Shown in pieces: positions 17,199 through 23,664 of a stretch of 24,000 bases of DNA (the first letter of the stretch is position 1; every line of letters begins with the position of its first letter). Below the pieces are notes generated by a model. It searched no databases. It was not told the origin of the DNA and saw only the letters and a list, made by a program, of their open reading frames with translations. The stretch is from Bergeyella porcorum (lineage in GTDB: Bacteria; Bacteroidota; Bacteroidia; Flavobacteriales; Weeksellaceae), in assembly GCF_042427575.1 (NCBI RefSeq), contig NZ_JBHMFD010000007.1, forward strand, positions 44,647 to 68,646, in the 5' to 3' direction. The position numbers and the translations under genes are program-made.

Positions 17199-17393
17199 AT
17201 GATGACCTCCAACCCAGAAAATATCCAAGAAGTCTATGATAGTATTATCGCAGAGAAGTTTGAAATGGAGAAAAAACTCATCATTCAAGAACTGAGAAAA
17301 TACGGCATCTACTCCGTTTATACCGCTCCAGAAAACCTGAATATAGAAGTGATTAACCAATACCTACAAATCAAAGCAAGAGGAATATTGTAG
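17199..17393 (+). CDS. small hypothetical protein (64 aa); possibly a remnant of a longer gene
   Basis: The ORF has a 7/8 -7 box (TATCTTTT, 17166-17173) upstream. The sequence ...KFEMEKKLIIQELRKYGIYSVYTAPENLNIEVINQYLQIKARGIL reminds me of C-terminal tails of DUF58/vWA-like proteins. That is unverified memory, not a search result. Confidence 0.4.
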   Translation: MMTSNPENIQEVYDSIIAEKFEMEKKLIIQELRKYGIYSVYTAPENLNIEVINQYLQIKARGIL

Positions 17394-17433
17394 AGGAACG
17401 AATGTTGCAATAAAAAACATCAAAAAAAACACA

Positions 17434-17667
17434 ATGAACGCTAAACGAGAACATTACTATACTAATGATGAAATCACCATCGTGTGGCGACCAGAGCTAT
17501 GCCAGCACTCAGGGATATGTGTGAAAACCCTGCCACAGGTCTATCGCCCTAAGGAAAAACCTTGGATGATCATAGAAAACGCAACCTCCGAAGAATTGAT
17601 AGCACAGGTGGCACTATGCCCATCACGAGCGTTGAGCATCAAGAAAAATAAAAAGAAACGCTCATAA
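17434..17667 (+). CDS. (4Fe-4S)-binding protein, divergent 4Fe-4S mono-cluster (Fer4_19-like)
   Basis: The 77-aa protein has the pattern ITIVWRPELCQHSGICVKTLPQVY...PWMI...CPSRALS, with three Cys in the spacing typical of this family. The tail is Lys-rich. Confidence 0.75.
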   Translation: MNAKREHYYTNDEITIVWRPELCQHSGICVKTLPQVYRPKEKPWMIIENATSEELIAQVALCPSRALSIKKNKKKRS

Positions 17668-17695
17668 AGATATAGCCCACTTCTGCGAACATCTA

Positions 17696-17730
17696 CTCTG
17701 CCCATCTGATGGATTGGGTAGAGTTTTTTT
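17696..17730 (+). terminator. intrinsic terminator after the Fer4_19-like gene
   Basis: CTCTGCCCA (17696-17704) / TGGGTAGAG (17715-17723) forms a 9-bp stem with one G-U pair and a 10-nt loop, followed by 7 T. Confidence 0.65.
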
Positions 17731-17813
17731 ATGGCTTTGTTTTCAGATTTTACACTCATTCCTTCCTCTTTCTTTCTTATCCTACATCAATGCAGTGGCG
17801 GTATTCCTTAGCG

Positions 17814-17821
17814 TACCTTTG
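17814..17821 (+). promoter_or_regulatory. -7 promoter box TACCTTTG for the 130-aa gene and pirin
   Basis: Perfect TAnnTTTG match, 22 nt upstream of the ATG at 17844. Confidence 0.5.
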
Positions 17822-17843
17822 CACTACAAAATGAGAGAATAAG

Positions 17844-18236
17844 ATGAAAAAGAATGTAATTTTAAATGTTGTGACAAGAAACAATAACATCGCAACTCAA
17901 GTGGTGCAAAAAGACAGAAATACCCACTACGAATTTGTAAACGAAGTGGAAACGGCAATAGAAAAACTTCATCAGTTGCCTATAAGAGCCATCCTTTTAG
18001 ACCAAGAATTACCTTTGGAAGAGCAAGAAAAAATCAATAAAATAGGAAAAGTGCTTCACGAAGGATTGCCAATAGCAACTGCCGATTTCCTTAATGCTGA
18101 ACGCTTTTCGGAAACGGTGCAAGAGCTGAAAAGAGCCGTAGTAAAACAGAATATGAAGAAATACGAGTTTGAAGACAACCCCAACCTCAACAATCCATTT
18201 CTGAATATGAACAGAACCCAATGCTCCTTGAGCTAA
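17844..18236 (+). CDS. hypothetical protein, possibly a degenerate stand-alone receiver-like (pseudo-REC) domain
   Basis: The 130-aa sequence follows an alternating beta/alpha pattern: VILNVV / IATQVVQK / HYEFVN / EVETAIEKLHQ / IRAILLDQELP / EKINKIGKVL / LPIATADF. An Asp sits at the LLD position, but the N-terminal acidic pair is missing. The assignment is an inference from pattern only. Confidence 0.55.
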   Translation: MKKNVILNVVTRNNNIATQVVQKDRNTHYEFVNEVETAIEKLHQLPIRAILLDQELPLEEQEKINKIGKVLHEGLPIATADFLNAERFSETVQELKRAVVKQNMKKYEFEDNPNLNNPFLNMNRTQCSLS

Positions 18237-18285
18237 AAATCAAGATAAACAACCCATTTTACTAACATATAAAAAAAATAAAACA

Positions 18286-19152
18286 ATGAATAATAAAGTC
18301 ATAGAAAGAGTCATACGCCCTGCAATGCCACACTTTGTAGGAGACGGTTTTAGAGTACACAATTTTATCCCAGGAATCAGCTCTATGGAACGCAATAGTC
18401 CTTTCATTATGCTAGATTACAACTCCAAGTACACTTTCCCACCAAGTCAAATTCCGAAAGGGGTAGGCGTACATCCGCATAAAGGTTTTGAAACCGTTAC
18501 CATCGCTTACAAAGGGCGAGTGGAGCACGGCGATAGCTCTGGCGGTGGTGGCGTTATCGGTGAGGGTGATGTACAATGGATGACGGCTGGCAATGGGGTT
18601 CTTCACAAAGAGTTTCACGAAACCGAATGGAGCAAAAACGGTGGCGAGTTCCAAATGGTACAGCTATGGGTAAACCTTCCAGCAAAGGATAAAAGTACAC
18701 CTGCTAAGTATCAATCCATCAAAAACCAAGACATTCCACGCATTGCGGTGGCAGAGGGCAAAGGCGAGATGGAAATCATTGCAGGAGATTTTAACGGAAC
18801 CCAAGGAGCGGCTTCTACCTTTACGCCTATCCACCTTTTTAATCTCAATTTGAGCAAAGATGCCAGCACAGCGGTAGATTTCCCAGCCCATTACAACACT
18901 TCTCTATTGGTGATAGAAGGTACCATCACAGCCAATGGCGAAGCGGTGCCAACCGACCATTTCGTATTGTTTAAAAACGAAGGAGAAACCATAGAAATCA
19001 CCGCTACCGAAGATGCGAAAGTATTGCTTTTAAGCGGGGAACCTATAAACGAACCTATTGCGGCTTATGGCCCGTTTGTGATGAATACCCGCGATGAATT
19101 AATTCAAGCGTTTGAAGATTTCAACAACGGAAAATTCGGACATTTAGAATAA
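18286..19152 (+). CDS. pirin family protein (bicupin, quercetin 2,3-dioxygenase-like)
   Basis: ...GDGFRVHNFIP...GVGVHPHKGFETVTIAYKGRVEHGDSSG...VQWMTAGNGVLHKEFH... is the pirin N-terminal cupin metal-binding signature (H-x-H...H...E). The protein is 288 aa. Confidence 0.95.
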   Translation: MNNKVIERVIRPAMPHFVGDGFRVHNFIPGISSMERNSPFIMLDYNSKYTFPPSQIPKGVGVHPHKGFETVTIAYKGRVEHGDSSGGGGVIGEGDVQWMTAGNGVLHKEFHETEWSKNGGEFQMVQLWVNLPAKDKSTPAKYQSIKNQDIPRIAVAEGKGEMEIIAGDFNGTQGAASTFTPIHLFNLNLSKDASTAVDFPAHYNTSLLVIEGTITANGEAVPTDHFVLFKNEGETIEITATEDAKVLLLSGEPINEPIAAYGPFVMNTRDELIQAFEDFNNGKFGHLE

Positions 19153-19203
19153 AATTCACCGAAACCATTCCCCCTTTGAAGGGAAAAGAAGATGTTTTAA
19201 ACC

Positions 19204-19242
19204 AAAACGCCATTCACTTCAGCAGTGAATGGCGTTTTTTTT
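19204..19242. terminator. strong bidirectional intrinsic terminator between convergent pirin and pncB
   Basis: CGCCATTCAC (19208-19217) / GTGAATGGCG (19225-19234) is a perfect 10-bp GC-rich stem with a 7-nt loop. It is flanked by AAAA upstream and 8 T downstream. Confidence 0.9.
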
Positions 19243-19275
19243 CAATTTCAATCGTTTAAGTAAACTCGCAGACAA

Positions 19276-19346
19276 CCTCTCCCCCTCTAACTTCTAACCT
19301 CTAACCTCTACCTTCTAACTTCAAACCTCTAATCTTTAATCCTCAA
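19276..19346. repeat. degenerate heptanucleotide tandem repeat (YYTCTAA) x about 8-9
   Basis: Units read by eye: CCTCTAA 19284, CTTCTAA 19291, CCTCTAA 19298, CCTCTAC 19305, CTTCTAA 19312, CTTCAAA 19319, CCTCTAA 19326, TCTTTAA 19333, TCCTCAA 19340, with a degenerate CCTCTCC at 19276. The array overlaps the 3' end and stop codon of pncB. Confidence 0.85.
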
Positions 19347-20507
19347 AAACGCTTTAGCAAGTTCTATCATTTTCGGTTCACCAGTATATTTACCGCGTTC
19401 ATCCGAGAGCTTTACCGTTGGTATCCAATCACCGTTATTAGCTTGTACGCCTATGAGTTTCATCACAATGTTCATTGGTTTCAGTCCCACATCATTGGTC
19501 AGGTTGGTTCCGATACCGAAGGACAGCCCAATCTTCCCTTTGCAATAGTTGTAGATTTCTTCCACTTTTTCCAGATTGAGTCCATCGGAGAAGATGATGT
19601 ATTTGAACAGCGGATTGATGCCGTGTTTTTCATAGTGGGCAATGGTTTTATCTGCAAAGTCTAGTGGGTCGCCACTATCGTGTCTTACGCCATCAAAGAG
19701 CTTGGCAAATTTTTTATCAAATTGCTGGAAGAACACCTCCGTAGTATAAGTATCTGAAAGAGCAACACCCAAATCGCCACGATAGACATCTACCCAATGC
19801 TCTAAGGCGAGTTCATTAGCCATCTTAAAACCATATTCTGCAGCGTGGAACATAAACCACTCGTGGGCGTGGGTGCCGATGGGTTTAATACCGTATTTAT
19901 GGGCAAAATGCACATTAGAAGTCCCTATGAATTTGGAATTATTGTTTTTCAGTAGTGCTTCCACTACCAAATCGTGCACCTTGTAGGAGTGTCTTCTTCG
20001 GGTTCCAAACTCGGCAAAGTTTACGCCCAACTGACTGAGTTTTTCGGCTTTGTTTAGTGTATTTTGGATGACAGCTTCATTGGAGTTTCGTTCCAGATGG
20101 TTCATCTCATAATGCAATTCCGAAATCAAAGCCAAAAGTGGCACTTCCCAAAGGATGGTACGGTACCATAGCCCCTCTACAGACACCTCTATATCGTTTT
20201 CCGTTTGGGTAATCTTCACCTCATCGGGATTGTAGCGGTAGCCTTCCAAGAAATCTATATAGGGCAAATCTAGATAAGGGCAGGTTTCTTGTAAGAATTG
20301 TTTTTCGGCTTTGGTAAGCTGTAAATCTGCCATTTTATCCACACATTTGCGGAGCATCTCTGCAAAACCTTCGGGGAAGAAATGTTTTCCTCGGTTGATG
20401 AACTGATACTTTACTTTCTCATTAGGGAACAATTTCACTACGGCACATTGCATCGTGAATTTATAGAAATCATTGTCTAGGATAGACTTAAACTGCACTA
20501 TTGGCAT
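19329..20507 (-). CDS. pncB: nicotinate phosphoribosyltransferase
   Basis: MPIVQFKSILDNDFYKFTMQCAVVKLFP... is the canonical PncB N-terminus (LDTDxYKxTM type). The motifs FAEFGTRRRHS and GTHAHEW are present. The protein is 392 aa. Confidence 0.96.
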   Translation of the reverse strand: MPIVQFKSILDNDFYKFTMQCAVVKLFPNEKVKYQFINRGKHFFPEGFAEMLRKCVDKMADLQLTKAEKQFLQETCPYLDLPYIDFLEGYRYNPDEVKITQTENDIEVSVEGLWYRTILWEVPLLALISELHYEMNHLERNSNEAVIQNTLNKAEKLSQLGVNFAEFGTRRRHSYKVHDLVVEALLKNNNSKFIGTSNVHFAHKYGIKPIGTHAHEWFMFHAAEYGFKMANELALEHWVDVYRGDLGVALSDTYTTEVFFQQFDKKFAKLFDGVRHDSGDPLDFADKTIAHYEKHGINPLFKYIIFSDGLNLEKVEEIYNYCKGKIGLSFGIGTNLTNDVGLKPMNIVMKLIGVQANNGDWIPTVKLSDERGKYTGEPKMIELAKAFLRIKD

Positions 20508-20529
20508 ATTTTCAAAATTTTAATGAAAG

Positions 20530-20537
20530 CAAATGTA
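20530..20537 (-). promoter_or_regulatory. -7 promoter box TACATTTG (minus strand) for pncB
   Basis: The reverse complement of CAAATGTA is a perfect TAnnTTTG match, 22 nt upstream of the pncB ATG (20507). Confidence 0.5.
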
Positions 20538-20539
20538 AG

Positions 20540-20580
20540 AATAAAAACAACAATTGCCCCAATAAATTGAGGCAATTTGC
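20540..20580 (-). terminator. probable intrinsic terminator after dps (minus strand)
   Basis: AATTGCC (20552-20558) / GGCAATT (20571-20577) forms a 7-bp stem with a 12-nt loop. On the minus strand it is followed by TTGTTTTTATT. Confidence 0.45.
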
Positions 20581-20607
20581 AGTAATTAAAATATTGATAG
20601 AAACTTA

Positions 20608-21084
20608 TTATTTCCCGAGGTAGGCGTTGTACATCCAGACTTCTTTTTCTTGCTCTGTGATGTAGTCTCCCATTTGGGAGTTGGTAGCCTCATCACCCGC
20701 TTCACCTGCTATTTCTAAGATTTCTCTTTGCAGGTTAATCACCGTTTTGAAAGCTTCCAAAATCTGCTCTACGCATTTGGTAGCATCGCTCACCTCTTGG
20801 CTTTCTTGGATGATAGATACCTTGAGGTAATCCGAGTAATTATGGCAAGGCGTAGCACCCAGCGTAAGGATACGCTCTGCAATTTCATCTATTTTCAAAA
20901 CCAAAGAATCATAAAGCTCTTCAAATTTTGGGTGAAGGGTAAAAAATTGCTCCCCTTTGATGTTCCAATGAGCCCCTCTGGTATTTTGGTAAAACACCGA
21001 GTAGTTGGCTAAAAGTACATTTAGCTTTTCAGCGATAAGTTTAGAGCTTTCCTCCTGAAGCCCTAGTATCTGTGTATTTTTCAT
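20608..21084 (-). CDS. dps: Dps family DNA-protection-during-starvation protein (ferritin-like)
   Basis: MKNTQILGLQEESSKLIAEKLNVLLANYSVFYQNTRGAHWNIKGEQFFTLHPKFEELYD carries the Dps ferroxidase-site signature (HWN..G..F..LH..FEE). The start is trimmed from the track's TTG (21156) to the ATG (complement of 21082-21084), because the -7 box lies within the longer ORF. Confidence 0.95.
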   Translation of the reverse strand: MKNTQILGLQEESSKLIAEKLNVLLANYSVFYQNTRGAHWNIKGEQFFTLHPKFEELYDSLVLKIDEIAERILTLGATPCHNYSDYLKVSIIQESQEVSDATKCVEQILEAFKTVINLQREILEIAGEAGDEATNSQMGDYITEQEKEVWMYNAYLGK

Positions 21085-21101
21085 ATCGTTTAATTTTAAT
21101 G

Positions 21102-21109
21102 CAAAGATA
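21102..21109 (-). promoter_or_regulatory. -7 promoter box TATCTTTG (minus strand) for dps
   Basis: The reverse complement of CAAAGATA is a perfect TAnnTTTG match, 17 nt upstream of the dps ATG. Confidence 0.5.
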
Positions 21110-21252
21110 GAAAGTCCCTCACCAACCCATCTTACATTTTTGATAGAAATAAACAATAAGGCAATGAGGATTTTTAGATGAAGTGTAATGTTATTCTGTT
21201 TAGGAAAAGTTGTTTATTCCAAAGTAAACGAAAAAGGCAGAAGAAAGTATAG

Positions 21253-21289
21253 AAAACCTTATCATCATTGAGATTGATAAGGTTTTTTT
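21253..21289 (+). terminator. orphan intrinsic-terminator-like hairpin in a divergent intergenic region
   Basis: AAAA + CCTTATCA (21257-21264) / loop TCATTGAGAT / TGATAAGG (21275-21282) + TTTTTTT (21283-21289). No annotated plus-strand gene ends upstream of it. Confidence 0.65.
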
Positions 21290-21309
21290 AATATCTCCCC
21301 AAAAAACTA

Positions 21310-21317
21310 TAAATTTG
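21310..21317 (+). promoter_or_regulatory. -7 promoter box TAAATTTG only 5 nt upstream of the GTG start of the HU-like gene
   Basis: Perfect TAnnTTTG match. It implies a leaderless or near-leaderless transcript if it is used. Confidence 0.4.
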
Positions 21318-21322
21318 CCGAT

Positions 21323-22105
21323 GTGAATACCGAACAATTAATACTAAAATACTTACTACGCAAAGGCTTAGTGGAAGTTGCTGGGTTTGGCATTTTCTCG
21401 TTAGAAAATGCGGAAGCTCAGTTGGATGAGGCGTCTGGTAAAATCTTACCTCCATCGCAGAAAATCACCTTCCATAGCGATTATCATACGGCAGATGGGG
21501 GCTTTATCCCTTGGCTTGCAAAGGAACAAAACACCTCTGTAGAAAAGGCTCAGCAAGAGCTTCTCAGCTACACCAATTTTTGGAAAACTTCTTTGGAGCA
21601 AGGCAACAACGTCCTACTGAAAGGCATTGGTACAATGACCATTGTGGAAGACCAGCTAACTTTTCAAGGGGAAAGAATCTATACCGAAAATTCTGATTTC
21701 TATGGCTTGGAAGAAATTAATCTTCAGGAGCTGAAAAAGAAAACCTATCTAGGTGGAGATTATCGCTTAAACCGTTCCATCCTTTGGTGGTTTCTCATCT
21801 TGCTTCCTACTGCGGGGCTACTTGTGTTAGCCTTCACACAGCGGGAGAGGTTATTCGGGAAAGCATCTTTTGCTGAGGTTTCTGTGAAGACATCCACCCA
21901 CCGCATCACGGTAGATTCTGCGAAAATAAAGGCAGAGCAAGAAGTCTTGAAACAAGACAGCATCAGGCGAGATAGCATTCTACAAGATTCCATCCGCCAA
22001 TCGGGGTTACCTGTGGTGGCAACCTCTAATCCTAAAAAAACTTCCAAATTTTATAAAAAAACGCAATGGAAAAACTCAAAAAAGCGAGCGAATCGCTCAC
22101 GATAA
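21323..22105 (+). CDS. membrane-anchored protein with tandem HU-like (CCDC81-type bacterial HU) N-terminal domains, one TM helix and a basic low-complexity tail
   Basis: N-terminal ...LILKYLLRKGLVEVAGFGIFSLENAEAQLDEASGKILPPSQKITF... and a second ...LLKGIGTMTIVEDQLTFQGE... fit the HU-CCDC81_bac_1/2 pattern seen in Bacteroidetes SPOR-type proteins. The TM segment is ILWWFLILLPTAGLLVLAF. The C-terminus has DSI(R/L)(R/Q) x3 and a K/R-rich end, and no SPOR domain is seen. The only canonical in-frame start before the conserved N-terminus is the GTG at 21323. Confidence 0.65.
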   Translation: MNTEQLILKYLLRKGLVEVAGFGIFSLENAEAQLDEASGKILPPSQKITFHSDYHTADGGFIPWLAKEQNTSVEKAQQELLSYTNFWKTSLEQGNNVLLKGIGTMTIVEDQLTFQGERIYTENSDFYGLEEINLQELKKKTYLGGDYRLNRSILWWFLILLPTAGLLVLAFTQRERLFGKASFAEVSVKTSTHRITVDSAKIKAEQEVLKQDSIRRDSILQDSIRQSGLPVVATSNPKKTSKFYKKTQWKNSKKRANRSR

Positions 22106-22581
22106 TGACCAATATTGTTCTCCCAAACGAAACCAACTCTCTGAGGAATCTCTTTGGGGGAGAATTGCTGGCGAAAATGGACCGCTGTGCGGCTATTGCT
22201 GCGGCAAGACACTGTGCCAGAAGGGTGGTAACCGCATCGGTGAATCACGTATCGTTTAATCATCCCATTCCCGAAGGAGGGATTGTGGTTTTGGAAGCCA
22301 AAGTATCTAGAGCTTTTTCCACTTCTATGGAAATCTATGTAGATGTATGGCTAGACGACCCTATTGCCAATAAAAAAATCCATACCAACGAAGGGATTTA
22401 CACCTTTGTTGCCGTAGATGAGTACAATAAGCCTGTGCCTATTCCACAAATGGAACCCGAAACCGATTTGGAAAAAGAACGCTATGCCGCTGCATTCAGA
22501 CGCCGAGAGCTTTCCCTTATCTTATCAGGAAGAATGAAACCTAAGGATTCTGTGGAACTGAAAAAACTGTTTCAGGATTAA
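22066..22581 (+). CDS. acyl-CoA thioesterase (hotdog fold, YciA/BFIT-like)
   Basis: ...SESLTIMTNIVLPNETNSLRNLFGGELLAKMDRCAAIAAARHCARRVVTASVNHVSFNHPI... is typical of 4HBT-type acyl-CoA thioester hydrolases. It overlaps the upstream gene by 40 nt. Confidence 0.9.
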   Translation: MEKLKKASESLTIMTNIVLPNETNSLRNLFGGELLAKMDRCAAIAAARHCARRVVTASVNHVSFNHPIPEGGIVVLEAKVSRAFSTSMEIYVDVWLDDPIANKKIHTNEGIYTFVAVDEYNKPVPIPQMEPETDLEKERYAAAFRRRELSLILSGRMKPKDSVELKKLFQD

Positions 22582-22602
22582 ATAACCTTTACTCAATAGA
22601 TT

Positions 22603-22660
22603 AACTTCGGTTGGGCTTTTTGTTTTTTCAATGAATAAAATGCTGTTACCGAAGTTTTTT
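22603..22660 (+). terminator. possible terminator: long-range inverted repeat followed by a T-tract
   Basis: AACTTCGGT (22603-22611) / ACCGAAGTT (22648-22656) are perfect 9-bp arms around a 36-nt loop that itself contains a T-rich run. TTTT follows. The geometry is atypical, so confidence is low. Confidence 0.3.
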
Positions 22661-22677
22661 CGTTAAAGACACTACCA

Positions 22678-23616
22678 ATGAAAGTTTTATTATTAGATAA
22701 AAATCACCCGCTCATCACAGAACAACTATCGGCAAAAGGGTGGGTTTTAGAGGAAGATTATCAATCTTCTTATGACCAAGTTTTGGAGAAAATCCACCTC
22801 TATGATGGTATGATTATTCGCAGTAGAATCCCCATTGACAAAAACTTTCTTCAGCACGCTAAGAATCTGAAATTCATAGCCCGCGTAGGAGCAGGAATGG
22901 AAAATATAGACACCACAACTGCCAGAGCATTGGGCATTGCCCTTATCAATTCGCCTGAAGGCAACCGAGATGCCGTAGCAGAGCAAGTGGTAGGAATGCT
23001 ATTGGTCTTAACCAACCGATTGTTCATTGCATCGCAAGAGGTGAAAAATGGCATTTGGAAAAGAGAAGAAAACCGCGGAATGGAATTGCTGGGAAAAACC
23101 TTCGGGATTATTGGCTATGGTAATATGGGCAAGGCAACTGCTAAACGGCTTTCTGGGTTTGGGATGAAGGTGATATTCTATGATATTCTCCCCGATTTGG
23201 AAGACGCGTATGCAAAACAAGTTTCTTTACAGGAACTTCAAAACGAGTCAGATATTATAAGTTTGCACATCCCAGAAACCCCTGATACCTATCACTTGGT
23301 GGATGAGCATTTCATTGCTCAAATGAAAAAGCCATTTTACCTCATCAATACCGCTCGAGGGAAAAATGTAAAAACGAAAAGCTTAGTTGAGGGCATTCAA
23401 TCGGGGAAAATCAAAGGTGCGGCTTTAGATGTTTTAGAATTTGAAAAAGCTTCTTTTGAGCAATTAGAAACCCAAAATACCGATTTGCAATTTCTTTTAA
23501 ATTCGGATAAAGTCCTCATTACGCCACACATTGCAGGATGGACACACGAAAGCAAAACCAAACTTGCCCAAGTGATTGTGGATAAGATATTGGAAACTTT
23601 TGAACTAAGAGATTAA
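22678..23616 (+). CDS. D-isomer-specific 2-hydroxyacid dehydrogenase family protein (phosphoglycerate dehydrogenase-like)
   Basis: NAD-binding loop GIIGYGNMGKATAKRL, the motifs LINTARG and AALDV, and catalytic-His context TPHIAGWT. The protein is 312 aa. Confidence 0.92.
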   Translation: MKVLLLDKNHPLITEQLSAKGWVLEEDYQSSYDQVLEKIHLYDGMIIRSRIPIDKNFLQHAKNLKFIARVGAGMENIDTTTARALGIALINSPEGNRDAVAEQVVGMLLVLTNRLFIASQEVKNGIWKREENRGMELLGKTFGIIGYGNMGKATAKRLSGFGMKVIFYDILPDLEDAYAKQVSLQELQNESDIISLHIPETPDTYHLVDEHFIAQMKKPFYLINTARGKNVKTKSLVEGIQSGKIKGAALDVLEFEKASFEQLETQNTDLQFLLNSDKVLITPHIAGWTHESKTKLAQVIVDKILETFELRD

Positions 23617-23664
23617 AAAAGTAGAGAGAAAGTGTCTGTTTCGTTAAAATTAAAATTCTAGAAA

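Noticed and set aside
17199-17667. Two adjacent small ORFs (64 aa and 77 aa) that look like a toxin-antitoxin pair by size
   Set aside because: The second is a Fer4_19-type iron-sulfur protein. The genes are 40 nt apart rather than overlapping, and neither resembles a known toxin or antitoxin fold as far as I can tell.
21110-21180. Looked for OxyR-type (ATAG-N7-CTAT) or PerR/Fur-type palindromes upstream of dps
   Set aside because: I found only two ATAG tetramers (21107-21110 and 21143-21146) 36 nt apart, with no matching CTAT half-sites. That is not enough to call an operator.
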